DNA of 64,000 nucleotides from a virus. Its lineage: Duplodnaviria; Heunggongvirae; Uroviricota; Caudoviricetes. A model generated the notes under the pieces. It was not told the origin of the DNA. It made no database searches and saw nothing but the letters and a program-made list of their open reading frames with translations. Positions 36,567-45,785 of the stretch are shown here, piece by piece (position 1 is the stretch's first letter; each line of letters opens with the position of its first letter). The stretch is taken from positions 1 to 64,000 of the IMG/VR virus record IMGVR_UViG_3300028048_000103. The stretch is one strand, 5' to 3'. Made by a program: the position numbers and the translations under genes.

Positions 36567-37268
36567 TTATTCTTTTGACTTCGTTATTATTTCATCAATA
36601 AGGCCATAAGTTCCATATACGCCAGGTAATGCTTCATTAGGCATAAGCCAATGGTCTCTATCAGCATCTTTTTCAATTTCCTCAAATGTTTTACCTGTAT
36701 TCTCAGCCAAAATATTGTAAAGGATATTTTGCCATTTTTGTGATTCTCTTGCTTCAATTTGAAGGTCTGCGTTTTTAAGATAACCATTATATGATGCAAC
36801 CTGATGAATCATAATTGTACTGTTAGGCAATGCATATCTTTTACCTCTCACGCCTGATGACAAGAGTATTGATGCCATTGATGCTGCCATTCCCATGCAG
36901 TATGTAGCAACATCAGGTATAACAAAATTACATGTATCTCTTATTGAAAGGCCATCAATAACACTCCCACCTCCGCTTGATATGAACATTTTAATTGTGT
37001 CATCAATATCTGAAATTGAATTAAGATAAAGAAGTTGTGCGTTAATCACACTTGCGGTATCACCATCAATTTCGCCTGAAAGATAAATAATTTTCTCTCT
37101 AATCAAGGCAGAAAACACATCCATTGATGCAACATTAAGTGGTCTTTCCTCAATAATTGTAGGGCTTATAATCCTGTTCTTAATTGTGTTGTTATAGCCG
37201 TTAATTTTACTTGTACTAACACCCTTATCAATGGCAAATTTCTCAAAATCGTTTAACTTATAATTCAT
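36567..37268 (-). CDS. clpP: ClpP-family serine protease
   Basis: 233 aa. MFISSGGGSVIDGLSIRDTCNFVIPDVATYCMGMAASMASILLSSGVRGKRYALPNSTIMIHQ aligns with the ClpP Ser (GMAASMAS) and His (MIHQ) catalytic context. Confidence 0.7.
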   Translation of the reverse strand: MNYKLNDFEKFAIDKGVSTSKINGYNNTIKNRIISPTIIEERPLNVASMDVFSALIREKIIYLSGEIDGDTASVINAQLLYLNSISDIDDTIKMFISSGGGSVIDGLSIRDTCNFVIPDVATYCMGMAASMASILLSSGVRGKRYALPNSTIMIHQVASYNGYLKNADLQIEARESQKWQNILYNILAENTGKTFEEIEKDADRDHWLMPNEALPGVYGTYGLIDEIITKSKE

Positions 37269-37278
37269 AATATTTTAA

Positions 37279-37303
37279 TTTTTAACAAATATATAAAAAG
37301 TTA
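37279..37303 (-). promoter_or_regulatory. class II variant promoter-like motif
   Basis: tttttaacaaatatataaaaagtt, about 12 nt upstream of the ClpP ATG. Confidence 0.35.
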
Positions 37304-37321
37304 TTTTAAAAAGCAAAAATA

Positions 37322-38263
37322 TTAGTCCTCATGTTTTAACAACATTGACGGATTAACATGTGTGATTTCATCCGTTATAGGTTCAATTTCTTTATCATCG
37401 TAATAAACTGATGCTGCACTACCAATACCTTTAATTAGTTTGTTCAATCTAAAATTGATTTTTTTTCTAAATTCTTTTTTAAATGATAATAGTCCATCAT
37501 GATATGGTTTAATGTTTATTCCACTTTTTCGTAAACTTACGTTTATTTGATGATAATTATCATTGTTAATCGCACGGAACAAATCAGGTAAATTTTCTCT
37601 TATTTTTCTATATAGACAATATGCTTGACTTTCTTGAATGTCATGTCTGAAATTTTTTCTCTCTGAATTACAACCTTGTAAAGAACCGTAAACAGATGCT
37701 ATTAAAGCGTTTAGTTCAGTTTCCGAAAATAGTCTATAAATAATAAGTTCTAAGATTTCTTTAAGATAATCATCAATTTGTATGTCAGCAGTGTCAATTT
37801 TTGACTTTGTGGCACTGTTCGCATATCTTCTTGCAACCCCCCAATTATTAGTTATATCTTGATAGTAATCGTACACATGGTTTAGTTCATGATACAATGA
37901 TGTCAATATAGTTTTAGTGTACAAAACATGTTTGTAAGAATATGCATATATAAAAATTTTAGCGTTTTTTAATTTACCGTTAACAATTTCGTTTGTGTAT
38001 TTTACTGTTGTTTTTCCCCCACCACTCAAAAATTTACCATTAACATTTTCAGTGACCGTAATTTCAAGATAAAGATTTTCAACAAAATCAATTTTTTGTG
38101 TAATTTCATTTGGAAGTACGAAATTTGTAGTTCCGGTAAATTTGTTTTTCCATATAAAATCTTGACAATATTTAATAATTTCTTTAGCCACATTATTATA
38201 TTTTGATGCAGCAACACCTCTTTCTTCGACTAATCTTATTATTTTTTCTTCTGATAATACCAT
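37322..38263 (-). CDS. hypothetical protein
   Basis: 313-aa ORF. Confidence 0.5.
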   Translation of the reverse strand: MVLSEEKIIRLVEERGVAASKYNNVAKEIIKYCQDFIWKNKFTGTTNFVLPNEITQKIDFVENLYLEITVTENVNGKFLSGGGKTTVKYTNEIVNGKLKNAKIFIYAYSYKHVLYTKTILTSLYHELNHVYDYYQDITNNWGVARRYANSATKSKIDTADIQIDDYLKEILELIIYRLFSETELNALIASVYGSLQGCNSERKNFRHDIQESQAYCLYRKIRENLPDLFRAINNDNYHQINVSLRKSGINIKPYHDGLLSFKKEFRKKINFRLNKLIKGIGSAASVYYDDKEIEPITDEITHVNPSMLLKHED

Positions 38264-38274
38264 AAGTCACTCAA

Positions 38275-39135
38275 TTATTTTAATAATTCTTCACCAATTC
38301 CAAATGTTCCACCATCAAGTTCATGATATTTTTTATTTAAATCATTATATGCTTTAGCATAAACTTTTCCAATTTTGTTAATATATGTTTTAACTACTTT
38401 ATTTGTCAAATTATAAAACCAAGTGTAATTTTTACCAAAATTTGTTTTAACAATATCAGTAAATTTGTTTTTATAAATTTCGCTATCTAATACATATTTT
38501 TTAATAGTATTGATGTTTTGATATGTTATTGTTGATTTTAATGTTTCGTATGGATTGTTATTTGGATTATTTATTATTTGTCTATAAATTGCATTAGCAA
38601 AAGCATCTTTTTCAAACCTACAACCATAATACACAACAGTACCAACAATTTTATCACAAAAATCAAAAGAATTTTTTAGTTTTTCTGATTTTTTATATAA
38701 AGAAAGGCTATCTCTATTTGAAAGCAAATGTTTTCCGGATTTAATCATCTGATAAATATGTTCAAGTTCGTGCTGAAGATTACCATTAAAATCAATATAT
38801 TGATTAATATCACTAACATAAACTATTGTTGTTTTTAACTCGTATGTGTTGTTGTTAATTTTATTGGAACTTCCTCTATTATTCGAAATTGAATAAAATA
38901 TGTCATTATATGTAGACACATAGTACAAATCATAATTTATATTAATTGTACTATTTTCAAAATTATAAGCAAAATTACCATGTTTATAATTTCTAATACT
39001 GTTTTTTTGTGAAGGTACGGTTTTACTGTGTTGAATTATTTTTGATAATATATCATTTGATGTTGTTGACACAATATCAGCAACACCGAGTTCTTCATAT
39101 AATTTGTACCTTATTTCTGTTAACAAATCTTTCAC
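38275..39135 (-). CDS. HExxH-motif protein, paralog 3 of 3
   Basis: 286 aa. Carries GNLQHELEHIYQMIKS, YYGCRFEKDAFANAIYRQIINN and KNYTWFYNLTNKVVKTY. Confidence 0.55.
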   Translation of the reverse strand: MKDLLTEIRYKLYEELGVADIVSTTSNDILSKIIQHSKTVPSQKNSIRNYKHGNFAYNFENSTININYDLYYVSTYNDIFYSISNNRGSSNKINNNTYELKTTIVYVSDINQYIDFNGNLQHELEHIYQMIKSGKHLLSNRDSLSLYKKSEKLKNSFDFCDKIVGTVVYYGCRFEKDAFANAIYRQIINNPNNNPYETLKSTITYQNINTIKKYVLDSEIYKNKFTDIVKTNFGKNYTWFYNLTNKVVKTYINKIGKVYAKAYNDLNKKYHELDGGTFGIGEELLK

Positions 39136-39140
39136 TATTA

Positions 39141-39980
39141 TTATAAATTAATTAACTCTTCATTATCATTTTCAATATCATCAATATTATTTATTACAAA
39201 TTTGTAATAACCACCATCAGGATTAGGGACATCAATATATTCATAAATAACATCATCCTTGTCTGATATGTCCCATAACACAAAACCATGTTCGGATATA
39301 CTTTCACCAAAATTTTTTTGATTAATTGATGAACAGTACACGATTTTAACACCGTTCTTTTTAATTTCCTGTTTTTTATGAATATGGCCGGCAATAACAA
39401 AATCACAATTTTCAAAAACATTGGGGTCAACACCATTTTCGGTAACACGATTAGTTGCAGTAATTGCACCATTGACATCACCATGGATTAAACCAATGTA
39501 TATGTTATCATCACCGTATTTTGTTTTTGCTGCTTCTATATCAGGAGGGTTAAAACCTTCAAATGATGAATAAAGACACCAAACAACATTATCATCTTTA
39601 AAACAATCTGATTTATATTTAAGTTGTTTGTCAAGATAAATAACATTTTTCATTTTGTTAATTTCGAATAGAGGTGTTATTGAATCAACCCTTTCTATAT
39701 TATTCATTAACATATCATGGTTTCCTGCAATAACAATTGTTTTAGTTATTTTACCAAGTTCATCTAAAAACCAATAAGCCAATAATTGTGATTCATTCGA
39801 AATATTAATTTTTTGATTAAATAAATCACCTGCAACCACAATTCTTACATTATCTTTTTCCTCCTTTTCAACAATCTCTTTACATTGATTTATAAATGTG
39901 GTTAAAATAGTTTTTAATTCGTCAATCCCCTGATAATTAGGAATATGTATATCACTGCATGCAATTATTTTAGTTATCAT
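39141..39980 (-). CDS. SbcD/Mre11-like metallophosphoesterase (putative nuclease)
   Basis: 279 aa. Motifs ACSDIHI, VVAGDLF, AGNHD and GHIH in the canonical order. Confidence 0.5.
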   Translation of the reverse strand: MITKIIACSDIHIPNYQGIDELKTILTTFINQCKEIVEKEEKDNVRIVVAGDLFNQKINISNESQLLAYWFLDELGKITKTIVIAGNHDMLMNNIERVDSITPLFEINKMKNVIYLDKQLKYKSDCFKDDNVVWCLYSSFEGFNPPDIEAAKTKYGDDNIYIGLIHGDVNGAITATNRVTENGVDPNVFENCDFVIAGHIHKKQEIKKNGVKIVYCSSINQKNFGESISEHGFVLWDISDKDDVIYEYIDVPNPDGGYYKFVINNIDDIENDNEELINL

Positions 39981-40330
39981 TTCTTTTTGTTCTTTTTTTG
40001 TTGTTCATCATATTTATATATTTCTTCATAGTCAAAATCATACTTAAGACCCCATTGAAGATTAAACCAATTGAATTCACGTTCCATTTGTGATTTTTTC
40101 ACTGATTTTGGTTGCCAATCATAAAAATGGTCGTAGAAAAACTGTCTCCATTCAAGAAACTGTTCAAGGGTTTTAAATGTAAATCTTGTATAAAATTCAT
40201 ATTCTTTTTGTTCTTCTTCGGGCATTGCTGTAATGTCCTTATATCTGACATCAGTACCACTGATTTCAAGTTCTTTGTCTATTATTAATTCAACAAATTC
40301 TTTGTCTGTTAATTTTTTTACATAAGCCAT
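39977..40330 (-). CDS. hypothetical protein
   Basis: 117-aa ORF, Phe/Tyr/Trp-rich. Confidence 0.45.
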   Translation of the reverse strand: MAYVKKLTDKEFVELIIDKELEISGTDVRYKDITAMPEEEQKEYEFYTRFTFKTLEQFLEWRQFFYDHFYDWQPKSVKKSQMEREFNWFNLQWGLKYDFDYEEIYKYDEQQKKNKKK

Positions 40331-40354
40331 AATATCGTATAATTTATTTTGTTA

Positions 40355-41404
40355 TTAAACCAATTCAAGTTCAGTAAATTGTTTTTTTGATTTCATTATT
40401 TTAATTATATTTTTTTTACCATCTTCTTCATAGGCTTCGCCAAAATCTTTCCACGGTAATGTGTTAGTTCCTAATCTAACATACCAAATTTTGCCATATA
40501 GTTTTCCTTGATTAAGTAGTTGGTATATTCTTTTTATTTCACTAATATCAACATCACCATCAAGACATATTGTGACATTGGCATTTGCTTTTTTATAAAT
40601 TTTTTTATAGAGTTCAGTATCTTTAGTTAATGCTTTTCCAAGTAAACTAATAACATTGCCGTTGCCATATATACAATCAATTGCACCCTCAACAAGCCAT
40701 ATATCAGCGTTCCATTTAATTTTGTCTTCCTGAAATATTATTTGTTTTTTATCAATATTACAGTTTTTATATTTAACTTTTTTGGAATTACCTGAAAAAT
40801 CTCTTCCAACCCAATAATTTAAATCACCATTAATATCATATGATGGTATTATAATCCTATCTCTATCTTGCCATTTTTCCTCATCCCAAGTAGTATAACC
40901 AATGTTATAATAATCAATAATTTCTTGGTTAATATTTCTTTTTTTTAGATATTCAACTAATTTCTTTTTTTTACATTTTTCAAGATTAATTTTAGTAAAA
41001 GTTGGTGGCAAAACAACATTGTTTGTTATACCTAATAAATTATTTTGATTATCTTTGAATAGTTCTAAATTATAATATTTATTTTCTTTAAATTCATCAA
41101 TTATTGCAAAATATTCAGACAATAATTCAGAAGTGCCCCATCGTTTTATCAATTTTGATATGTTACCACCATGTTCAGTTGACCAATCATGATATTTACC
41201 TAATGATAAAGATACTTCAAGATTATATTTGCCATCAGGTATTCCACTGTTTTCATCAGTTATCCAAGGTGAATTAAATTGATATTGAGTTTCATTTACA
41301 TTGAACCCTCCTTGTTTTGATTCACCTAAAATTGTTTGTAAAATGTTATATATACTTTTTACTTCTAATGGTAACATATATAGTGGTTTTGTACAAAAAT
41401 ACAA
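40355..41404 (-). CDS. Toprim-domain protein (DnaG-like primase candidate)
   Basis: 349 aa. WLVEGAIDCIYGNGNVISLLG ... VTICLDGDVD gives the conserved Glu and the DxD of a Toprim fold. Confidence 0.45.
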   Translation of the reverse strand: MYFCTKPLYMLPLEVKSIYNILQTILGESKQGGFNVNETQYQFNSPWITDENSGIPDGKYNLEVSLSLGKYHDWSTEHGGNISKLIKRWGTSELLSEYFAIIDEFKENKYYNLELFKDNQNNLLGITNNVVLPPTFTKINLEKCKKKKLVEYLKKRNINQEIIDYYNIGYTTWDEEKWQDRDRIIIPSYDINGDLNYWVGRDFSGNSKKVKYKNCNIDKKQIIFQEDKIKWNADIWLVEGAIDCIYGNGNVISLLGKALTKDTELYKKIYKKANANVTICLDGDVDISEIKRIYQLLNQGKLYGKIWYVRLGTNTLPWKDFGEAYEEDGKKNIIKIMKSKKQFTELELV

Positions 41405-41439
41405 AAAAAAATTAAATAAACAAAAAAGGCTTAGATTTT

Positions 41440-42294
41440 CTAAGCCTTAATAGTAGATACAACATTCAATAGTCTTTTCTTAGTTTTAGAAATTATTTGT
41501 CTAATACGTTCAGAGGAAAAACCAAGTTGTTCTCCAATTTCATAATTAGTATATTCTTTATCATAATCAATGCCAAAAGCCATTTTCATTATTGTTCTAT
41601 CTCTTTCGTTTAATATTGAAAGAAGTTTCTTTATTACTGCCTTGTTATGTTCCTTATCTATTGTCTCTTCATAATCATTATAACTGGCTGTTCTTTGATT
41701 ATATGCTTTGGTTTTTTCTTTAGTATTTTCTTCATCATCAAGAAAATCATTTATTGATTCCGATGAAATATCAAATACTTCACTTTCATTCTGAATTTCA
41801 ACATTAAAATCATTTTTCATGAAATCAATTATTTCATCATCAGAAGGATATCTACCGTTTTCGCAATAAAATTTGTTTTTAATCTTATTTAGTTTAGTAC
41901 CAATTTTCATATTATTGGTTCTTTTAATAAGAAGATTATCATTTGTCATATAATAATTTATGGCCCTTCTTATATACCAAACAGCATATGACAAAAATCT
42001 TACACCTTTTGTATCATCATATTTTTCAATTGCCGTAATGAGGCCAATGTTACCTTCATTAACTAAGTCCATTATTGAATCATCTGATGCATATCTTTTG
42101 GCAATAGCAAAAACAAACCTCTGATTACAATTAATAAGTTTTTCTCTTGCTTCATTATCACCTTCTTTAATCTTATAAATCAAATCAATTTCCTCATCAG
42201 GAGAAAGCAAAGGATATTTGCGTATTTCGGAAAGATAAGTATTAAGACCATCAGTTTTAGGTGTAAAACCACCATTAATAAGTTTAATATTCAT
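41440..42294 (-). CDS. sigma-70 family RNA polymerase sigma factor
   Basis: 284 aa. Region 2 reads DLVNEGNIGLITAIEKYDDTKGVRFLSYAVWYIRRAI. A region 4-like helix-turn-helix reads YTNYEIGEQLGFSSERIRQIISKTKKRL. Confidence 0.7.
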   Translation of the reverse strand: MNIKLINGGFTPKTDGLNTYLSEIRKYPLLSPDEEIDLIYKIKEGDNEAREKLINCNQRFVFAIAKRYASDDSIMDLVNEGNIGLITAIEKYDDTKGVRFLSYAVWYIRRAINYYMTNDNLLIKRTNNMKIGTKLNKIKNKFYCENGRYPSDDEIIDFMKNDFNVEIQNESEVFDISSESINDFLDDEENTKEKTKAYNQRTASYNDYEETIDKEHNKAVIKKLLSILNERDRTIMKMAFGIDYDKEYTNYEIGEQLGFSSERIRQIISKTKKRLLNVVSTIKA

Positions 42295-42304
42295 ATTGTT
42301 TTCT

Positions 42305-42655
42305 TTAATTTAAATTATATAAAATTTTTCCGTATTTAGTTTTTCCTTCTCTTATATATTTACCATCAATATTGTAAATTATTTCACCATATGATGTCTG
42401 CCCTTTCCTTATATAGTTTCCATCAATAGTATAAACTATTTTACCATAAGAAGAAGGTCCTTTTCTTATATATTTACCATCAATATAAAAGAGAATATAA
42501 CCATAACTTGTTTGTCCCTTTCTTATATATTTACCGTCAATATTATAAACGATTTCGCCATAACTTGTTTGTCCTTTTCTAATGTTAATTTTTTCAGAAA
42601 AGGGTGATAGTATAAATGAAAGGAGTATAGTTAGTATTAACAAAAATCGCACCAA
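42305..42655 (-). CDS. secreted tandem-repeat protein (four 19-aa repeats, MORN-like)
   Basis: 116 aa. A hydrophobic N-terminus is followed by four YIRKGQTSYGxIxYNIDGK repeats. Confidence 0.5.
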   Translation of the reverse strand: MVRFLLILTILLSFILSPFSEKINIRKGQTSYGEIVYNIDGKYIRKGQTSYGYILFYIDGKYIRKGPSSYGKIVYTIDGNYIRKGQTSYGEIIYNIDGKYIREGKTKYGKILYNLN

Positions 42656-42659
42656 ACTT

Positions 42660-42962
42660 TTAAATATTTAATAGTTCTTCCATGATAAAATCCCTATCAA
42701 GTATCCATCTTTTACACTTCTTGGTAGCATCTTTAAGTGCAAGTGGTTTTAATTCAAGGTTTTCAATTTCGTAACCTGAAGGTACATTTGCCTTAACTTT
42801 TTCCATTGCATCATTAAGGTTTTCTTCATTCAAACAAACATGCCCATTATCAATAATATTACATGACACACAATTAAGGCACATTTTTTTCAAATGCATT
42901 TCAGCATTAGGACATTTTCCATCAATCTTTTCAGTTCCACAAATTTTACAAATTTCACTCAT
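42660..42962 (-). CDS. Cys-rich zinc-ribbon protein
   Basis: 100 aa. CKICGTEKIDGKCP...CLNCVSCNIIDNGHVC. Confidence 0.45.
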   Translation of the reverse strand: MSEICKICGTEKIDGKCPNAEMHLKKMCLNCVSCNIIDNGHVCLNEENLNDAMEKVKANVPSGYEIENLELKPLALKDATKKCKRWILDRDFIMEELLNI

Positions 42963-43428
42963 AATTTTTTTCTTTTATTAAATTATTATAATTAAAAACA
43001 ATTGGTTCTGTTTCAGCAATTTCTTTAACATAAAATTCTTTTATTAAAATTTTATTCAAACCTTTTTGTTCTTGCTCTATTATATTGTTAATATAATTAA
43101 TGTTTTCTTTAATTGTAACTAAAATATCTCCGTCAATATCAAGATTTTTGTCATATGAGCGTATAAGATATTCAGTTGTTTCATATAAGTTTTTGAAATT
43201 TTTTAGTTCTGTTTCATTATTAGATAAACCATCACAAGTTGGTCCTAAAGTGGCAAGACAAAGAAAAAGATTAAAAATAAATAATACATATAAATCATTA
43301 TTTTTTTTACCTAAAAAATAAGTTCCAAATATTAAAATAATATTGAAAACAATAAAAATAAACAATAGTCCCATATTAATTTGCAAGTTTGTTCCATTTA
43401 TATTCTTTTCTATTAAAAACATATTCAC
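42955..43428 (-). CDS. membrane protein
   Basis: 157 aa with two TM helices. Confidence 0.4.
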   Translation of the reverse strand: MNMFLIEKNINGTNLQINMGLLFIFIVFNIILIFGTYFLGKKNNDLYVLFIFNLFLCLATLGPTCDGLSNNETELKNFKNLYETTEYLIRSYDKNLDIDGDILVTIKENINYINNIIEQEQKGLNKILIKEFYVKEIAETEPIVFNYNNLIKEKNYE

Positions 43429-43891
43429 CAGGTGTTAAACCGCCATTATCTATAAATTGGAACATGATATTAATAATATCTGTCATATTGTTAACAATGT
43501 ATAGATATAGTTCCCACCAATGGTCTTCCAACTCCTTAGGATACTGTTTACCCATAGGACTTTCCTCTGTACCAGGAATAAAATCCTCATAGTGACCAAG
43601 AATAAGTGCCACATCTTCCATGACGTAAGTACCACCAAACAAATTCCATTGGTTAATACCCCATGCATTGCACTCTTTTAAATCAGAAATTAACATTATC
43701 TTATCTTTTGCACGAACAAGTTGGTCTCTTAACAAACCAAATTTCTTCATATTTTCTGGTGAAGATTCAATTTCTTCAATTGCATTTTGTATAAACTCTG
43801 TGTTAAAATTTTCACCCATTTCAAATTCTTCAAACTTAATGTTCTTGATTAATTTGATATGTTCATCTGTTAATACTATTTTTTTTACCAT
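43376..43891 (-). CDS. hypothetical protein
   Basis: 171-aa ORF. Confidence 0.45.
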   Translation of the reverse strand: MVKKIVLTDEHIKLIKNIKFEEFEMGENFNTEFIQNAIEEIESSPENMKKFGLLRDQLVRAKDKIMLISDLKECNAWGINQWNLFGGTYVMEDVALILGHYEDFIPGTEESPMGKQYPKELEDHWWELYLYIVNNMTDIINIMFQFIDNGGLTPGEYVFNRKEYKWNKLAN

Positions 43892-43927
43892 AATGTTTCA
43901 AAAAGTTAAAATATTTTTTTTTTTAAG

Positions 43928-44470
43928 TTAATCTTTTCTTATTAAAATGTCAATTATTTTTTCAATGTCTTTTTCAGTTATTCCTGTTTCTCTATCAATA
44001 TGTATAAAGTTATTTTTTTGTCCTAATAGAAAATCAGTATCATCATCAATAATTACAAATTCATAATCAATCTGTTCATCGCCATATCTATGCCTATAAT
44101 ATGGTACACCATCAGGCGAAAAACCATATTTAGTACCTAATCCTTTAAAATTTTCTATTAACCACTTTTCTATTTCGTTACCTCGGCACATCCAATCAAC
44201 ATGAAAATGGTCAGTATAACCAATAATTGGTAGTTCAAGGCCACAATCTTTTAGTGCTTTTTCTGTCCTTCCTTCATCATATCCCCAAGAAGATGATATA
44301 ACTATTTCAACATTATAATTTTTAAGTGTATTAAGTAGTTTACATTTTTCGGGGTCAATGTAACCTTTGCGTTTCATTAAAAAAGGTATAGAAGCAAGAC
44401 AACCATCTATGTCAAGGAAGACTATACGTTTATAACTACACATAACTAGTGTATTTTTAAATTTTCTCAA
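43928..44470 (-). CDS. HAD-like phosphatase (tentative)
   Basis: 180 aa. Motif I is FLDIDGCL and motif IV is IIDDDTD. Confidence 0.4.
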   Translation of the reverse strand: MRKFKNTLVMCSYKRIVFLDIDGCLASIPFLMKRKGYIDPEKCKLLNTLKNYNVEIVISSSWGYDEGRTEKALKDCGLELPIIGYTDHFHVDWMCRGNEIEKWLIENFKGLGTKYGFSPDGVPYYRHRYGDEQIDYEFVIIDDDTDFLLGQKNNFIHIDRETGITEKDIEKIIDILIRKD

Positions 44471-45470
44471 CTAACTTATTTTCAAGCCAATCCTTGCACT
44501 TATAGAATCGTGAATTTGAGTTCTCATAATCATTGATAACAACCTTGCAAGCTTCAATAGCTGTTTGGCGCATACGTTCATCTTCCTCACTCCATTTTAT
44601 TAATCCTCTCAGATATGCATAATGTGTGTCCTTTGGAATATCACACCACTCAGTTATGCTATTGTGAGTGTAGTAATCTTCACTATCATATACATTCACC
44701 ATCCAACTACCATCATAACGAGTAAGCAGGACGTTTCCAAAACTGTCTTTTGCAAGAACCAACCTTTTACTATCAGGTAGAGAATCAGTCACTTTATGCC
44801 ATTCGTACTCACATTTTGTGACAGATGGAACAGAATCTGTGGATTTTGAACCTTCTTTCTGCTTTTCGATAAATGAATCATATATATCTACAATCTTGTT
44901 TACATTATAACCTTTCCTAACTGGTATATATGCTCCATTAAACGCAAGAACAAGACGGTCTCCTTCATTCGCTATTCTGATTGCTTGTTCTGCTGCGATG
45001 GTTATATCAGTCCCAGCCAATGGTCTGAAAACATATTCCTTTTCTATGTTTTCTTTCTGCTTTTCAAGACCAAATAGGTAACCTTCCCTGAATCCTTTGG
45101 CATGAGCACATTCGATATAATCATCTTCAAAAGAGTCTACTGTTCGAGAACCACATTCGTTATAAGACTTCCAAGCCTTGTCAAGAGCAGACTCAAAAGA
45201 TTCTTGATTGTCATAGACAGGTTGCATCCTGTTATATTTCTGCTTTTCGAGCCAAGCAATCATATCAGATACGGAAACAGTACCATTTGGCAATCCATTT
45301 GGTTTATCACCTTGTTCTTTAATGTACCTTTTAATTTCTCGAATCATCCTCTCATCCTCGCTCTCTGCGAGTTCGGGAATGAGAGTTTCTAATGCTTCTT
45401 GGTCCACTAGGTGAAGGCATGTGCCATTTATGAACTCTTTTACAATTTTTATTGCTTCTTCTCTTGTCAT
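44457..45470 (-). CDS. WSEEDE-motif protein (family B)
   Basis: 337 aa. The N-terminus MTREEAIKIVKEF...LIPELAESEDERMIREIKRYIKEQ is shared with 45783..46901. Ends with WSEEDERMRQTAIEACK. Confidence 0.55.
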   Translation of the reverse strand: MTREEAIKIVKEFINGTCLHLVDQEALETLIPELAESEDERMIREIKRYIKEQGDKPNGLPNGTVSVSDMIAWLEKQKYNRMQPVYDNQESFESALDKAWKSYNECGSRTVDSFEDDYIECAHAKGFREGYLFGLEKQKENIEKEYVFRPLAGTDITIAAEQAIRIANEGDRLVLAFNGAYIPVRKGYNVNKIVDIYDSFIEKQKEGSKSTDSVPSVTKCEYEWHKVTDSLPDSKRLVLAKDSFGNVLLTRYDGSWMVNVYDSEDYYTHNSITEWCDIPKDTHYAYLRGLIKWSEEDERMRQTAIEACKVVINDYENSNSRFYKCKDWLENKLVEKI

Positions 45471-45620
45471 AATGAGTTGATTTTGATTTTATTTAATAGT
45501 TTTTATAAACCTTTGAACAGTTGAATGAATTTTATCGAGTTTATTTTTATCCTCGTTCCACTCTTGCTTCGGTTGAGGACGGAGGAATTTGAGTTTATTC
45601 TTAAACCAATCAAGCCTCCT

Positions 45621-45785
45621 TTAGCAATCGTCATACAGTTCGCTTTCTTCTTTAGAAGGATAATCAGGAAAATCTCCAGGATACCATAATTCCTCTTCAA
45701 TTTCCTTTGCTATCTTCTCATCCTCTTCACTCCACTCTTGCTTGGGTTTGGACAACATTTTGTCATCTATATCTTCTTTCTTTCA
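45621..45785 (-). CDS. small ORF (about 54 aa) carrying KQEWSEEDEK motif
   Basis: Hand-translated as MLSKPKQEWSEEDEKIAKEIEEELWYPGDFPDYPSKEESELYDDC. It is followed by a further start-less KQEWNEDKNK segment at about 45510-45600. These look like remnants of the family B module. Confidence 0.3.

Noticed and set aside
42305-42655. Regular 57-bp nucleotide repeats considered as a CRISPR-like array
   Set aside because: The repeats are in-frame and translate to a coherent 19-aa protein repeat with a signal peptide. There are no spacer-like unique segments. No cas genes were seen.
45503-45700. 65-aa ORF from the track
   Set aside because: It is in a different frame from the KQEWSEEDE/KQEWNEDKNK remnants visible in this interval. 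The in-frame remnant has no start codon. It is treated as degenerate module sequence, not a gene.
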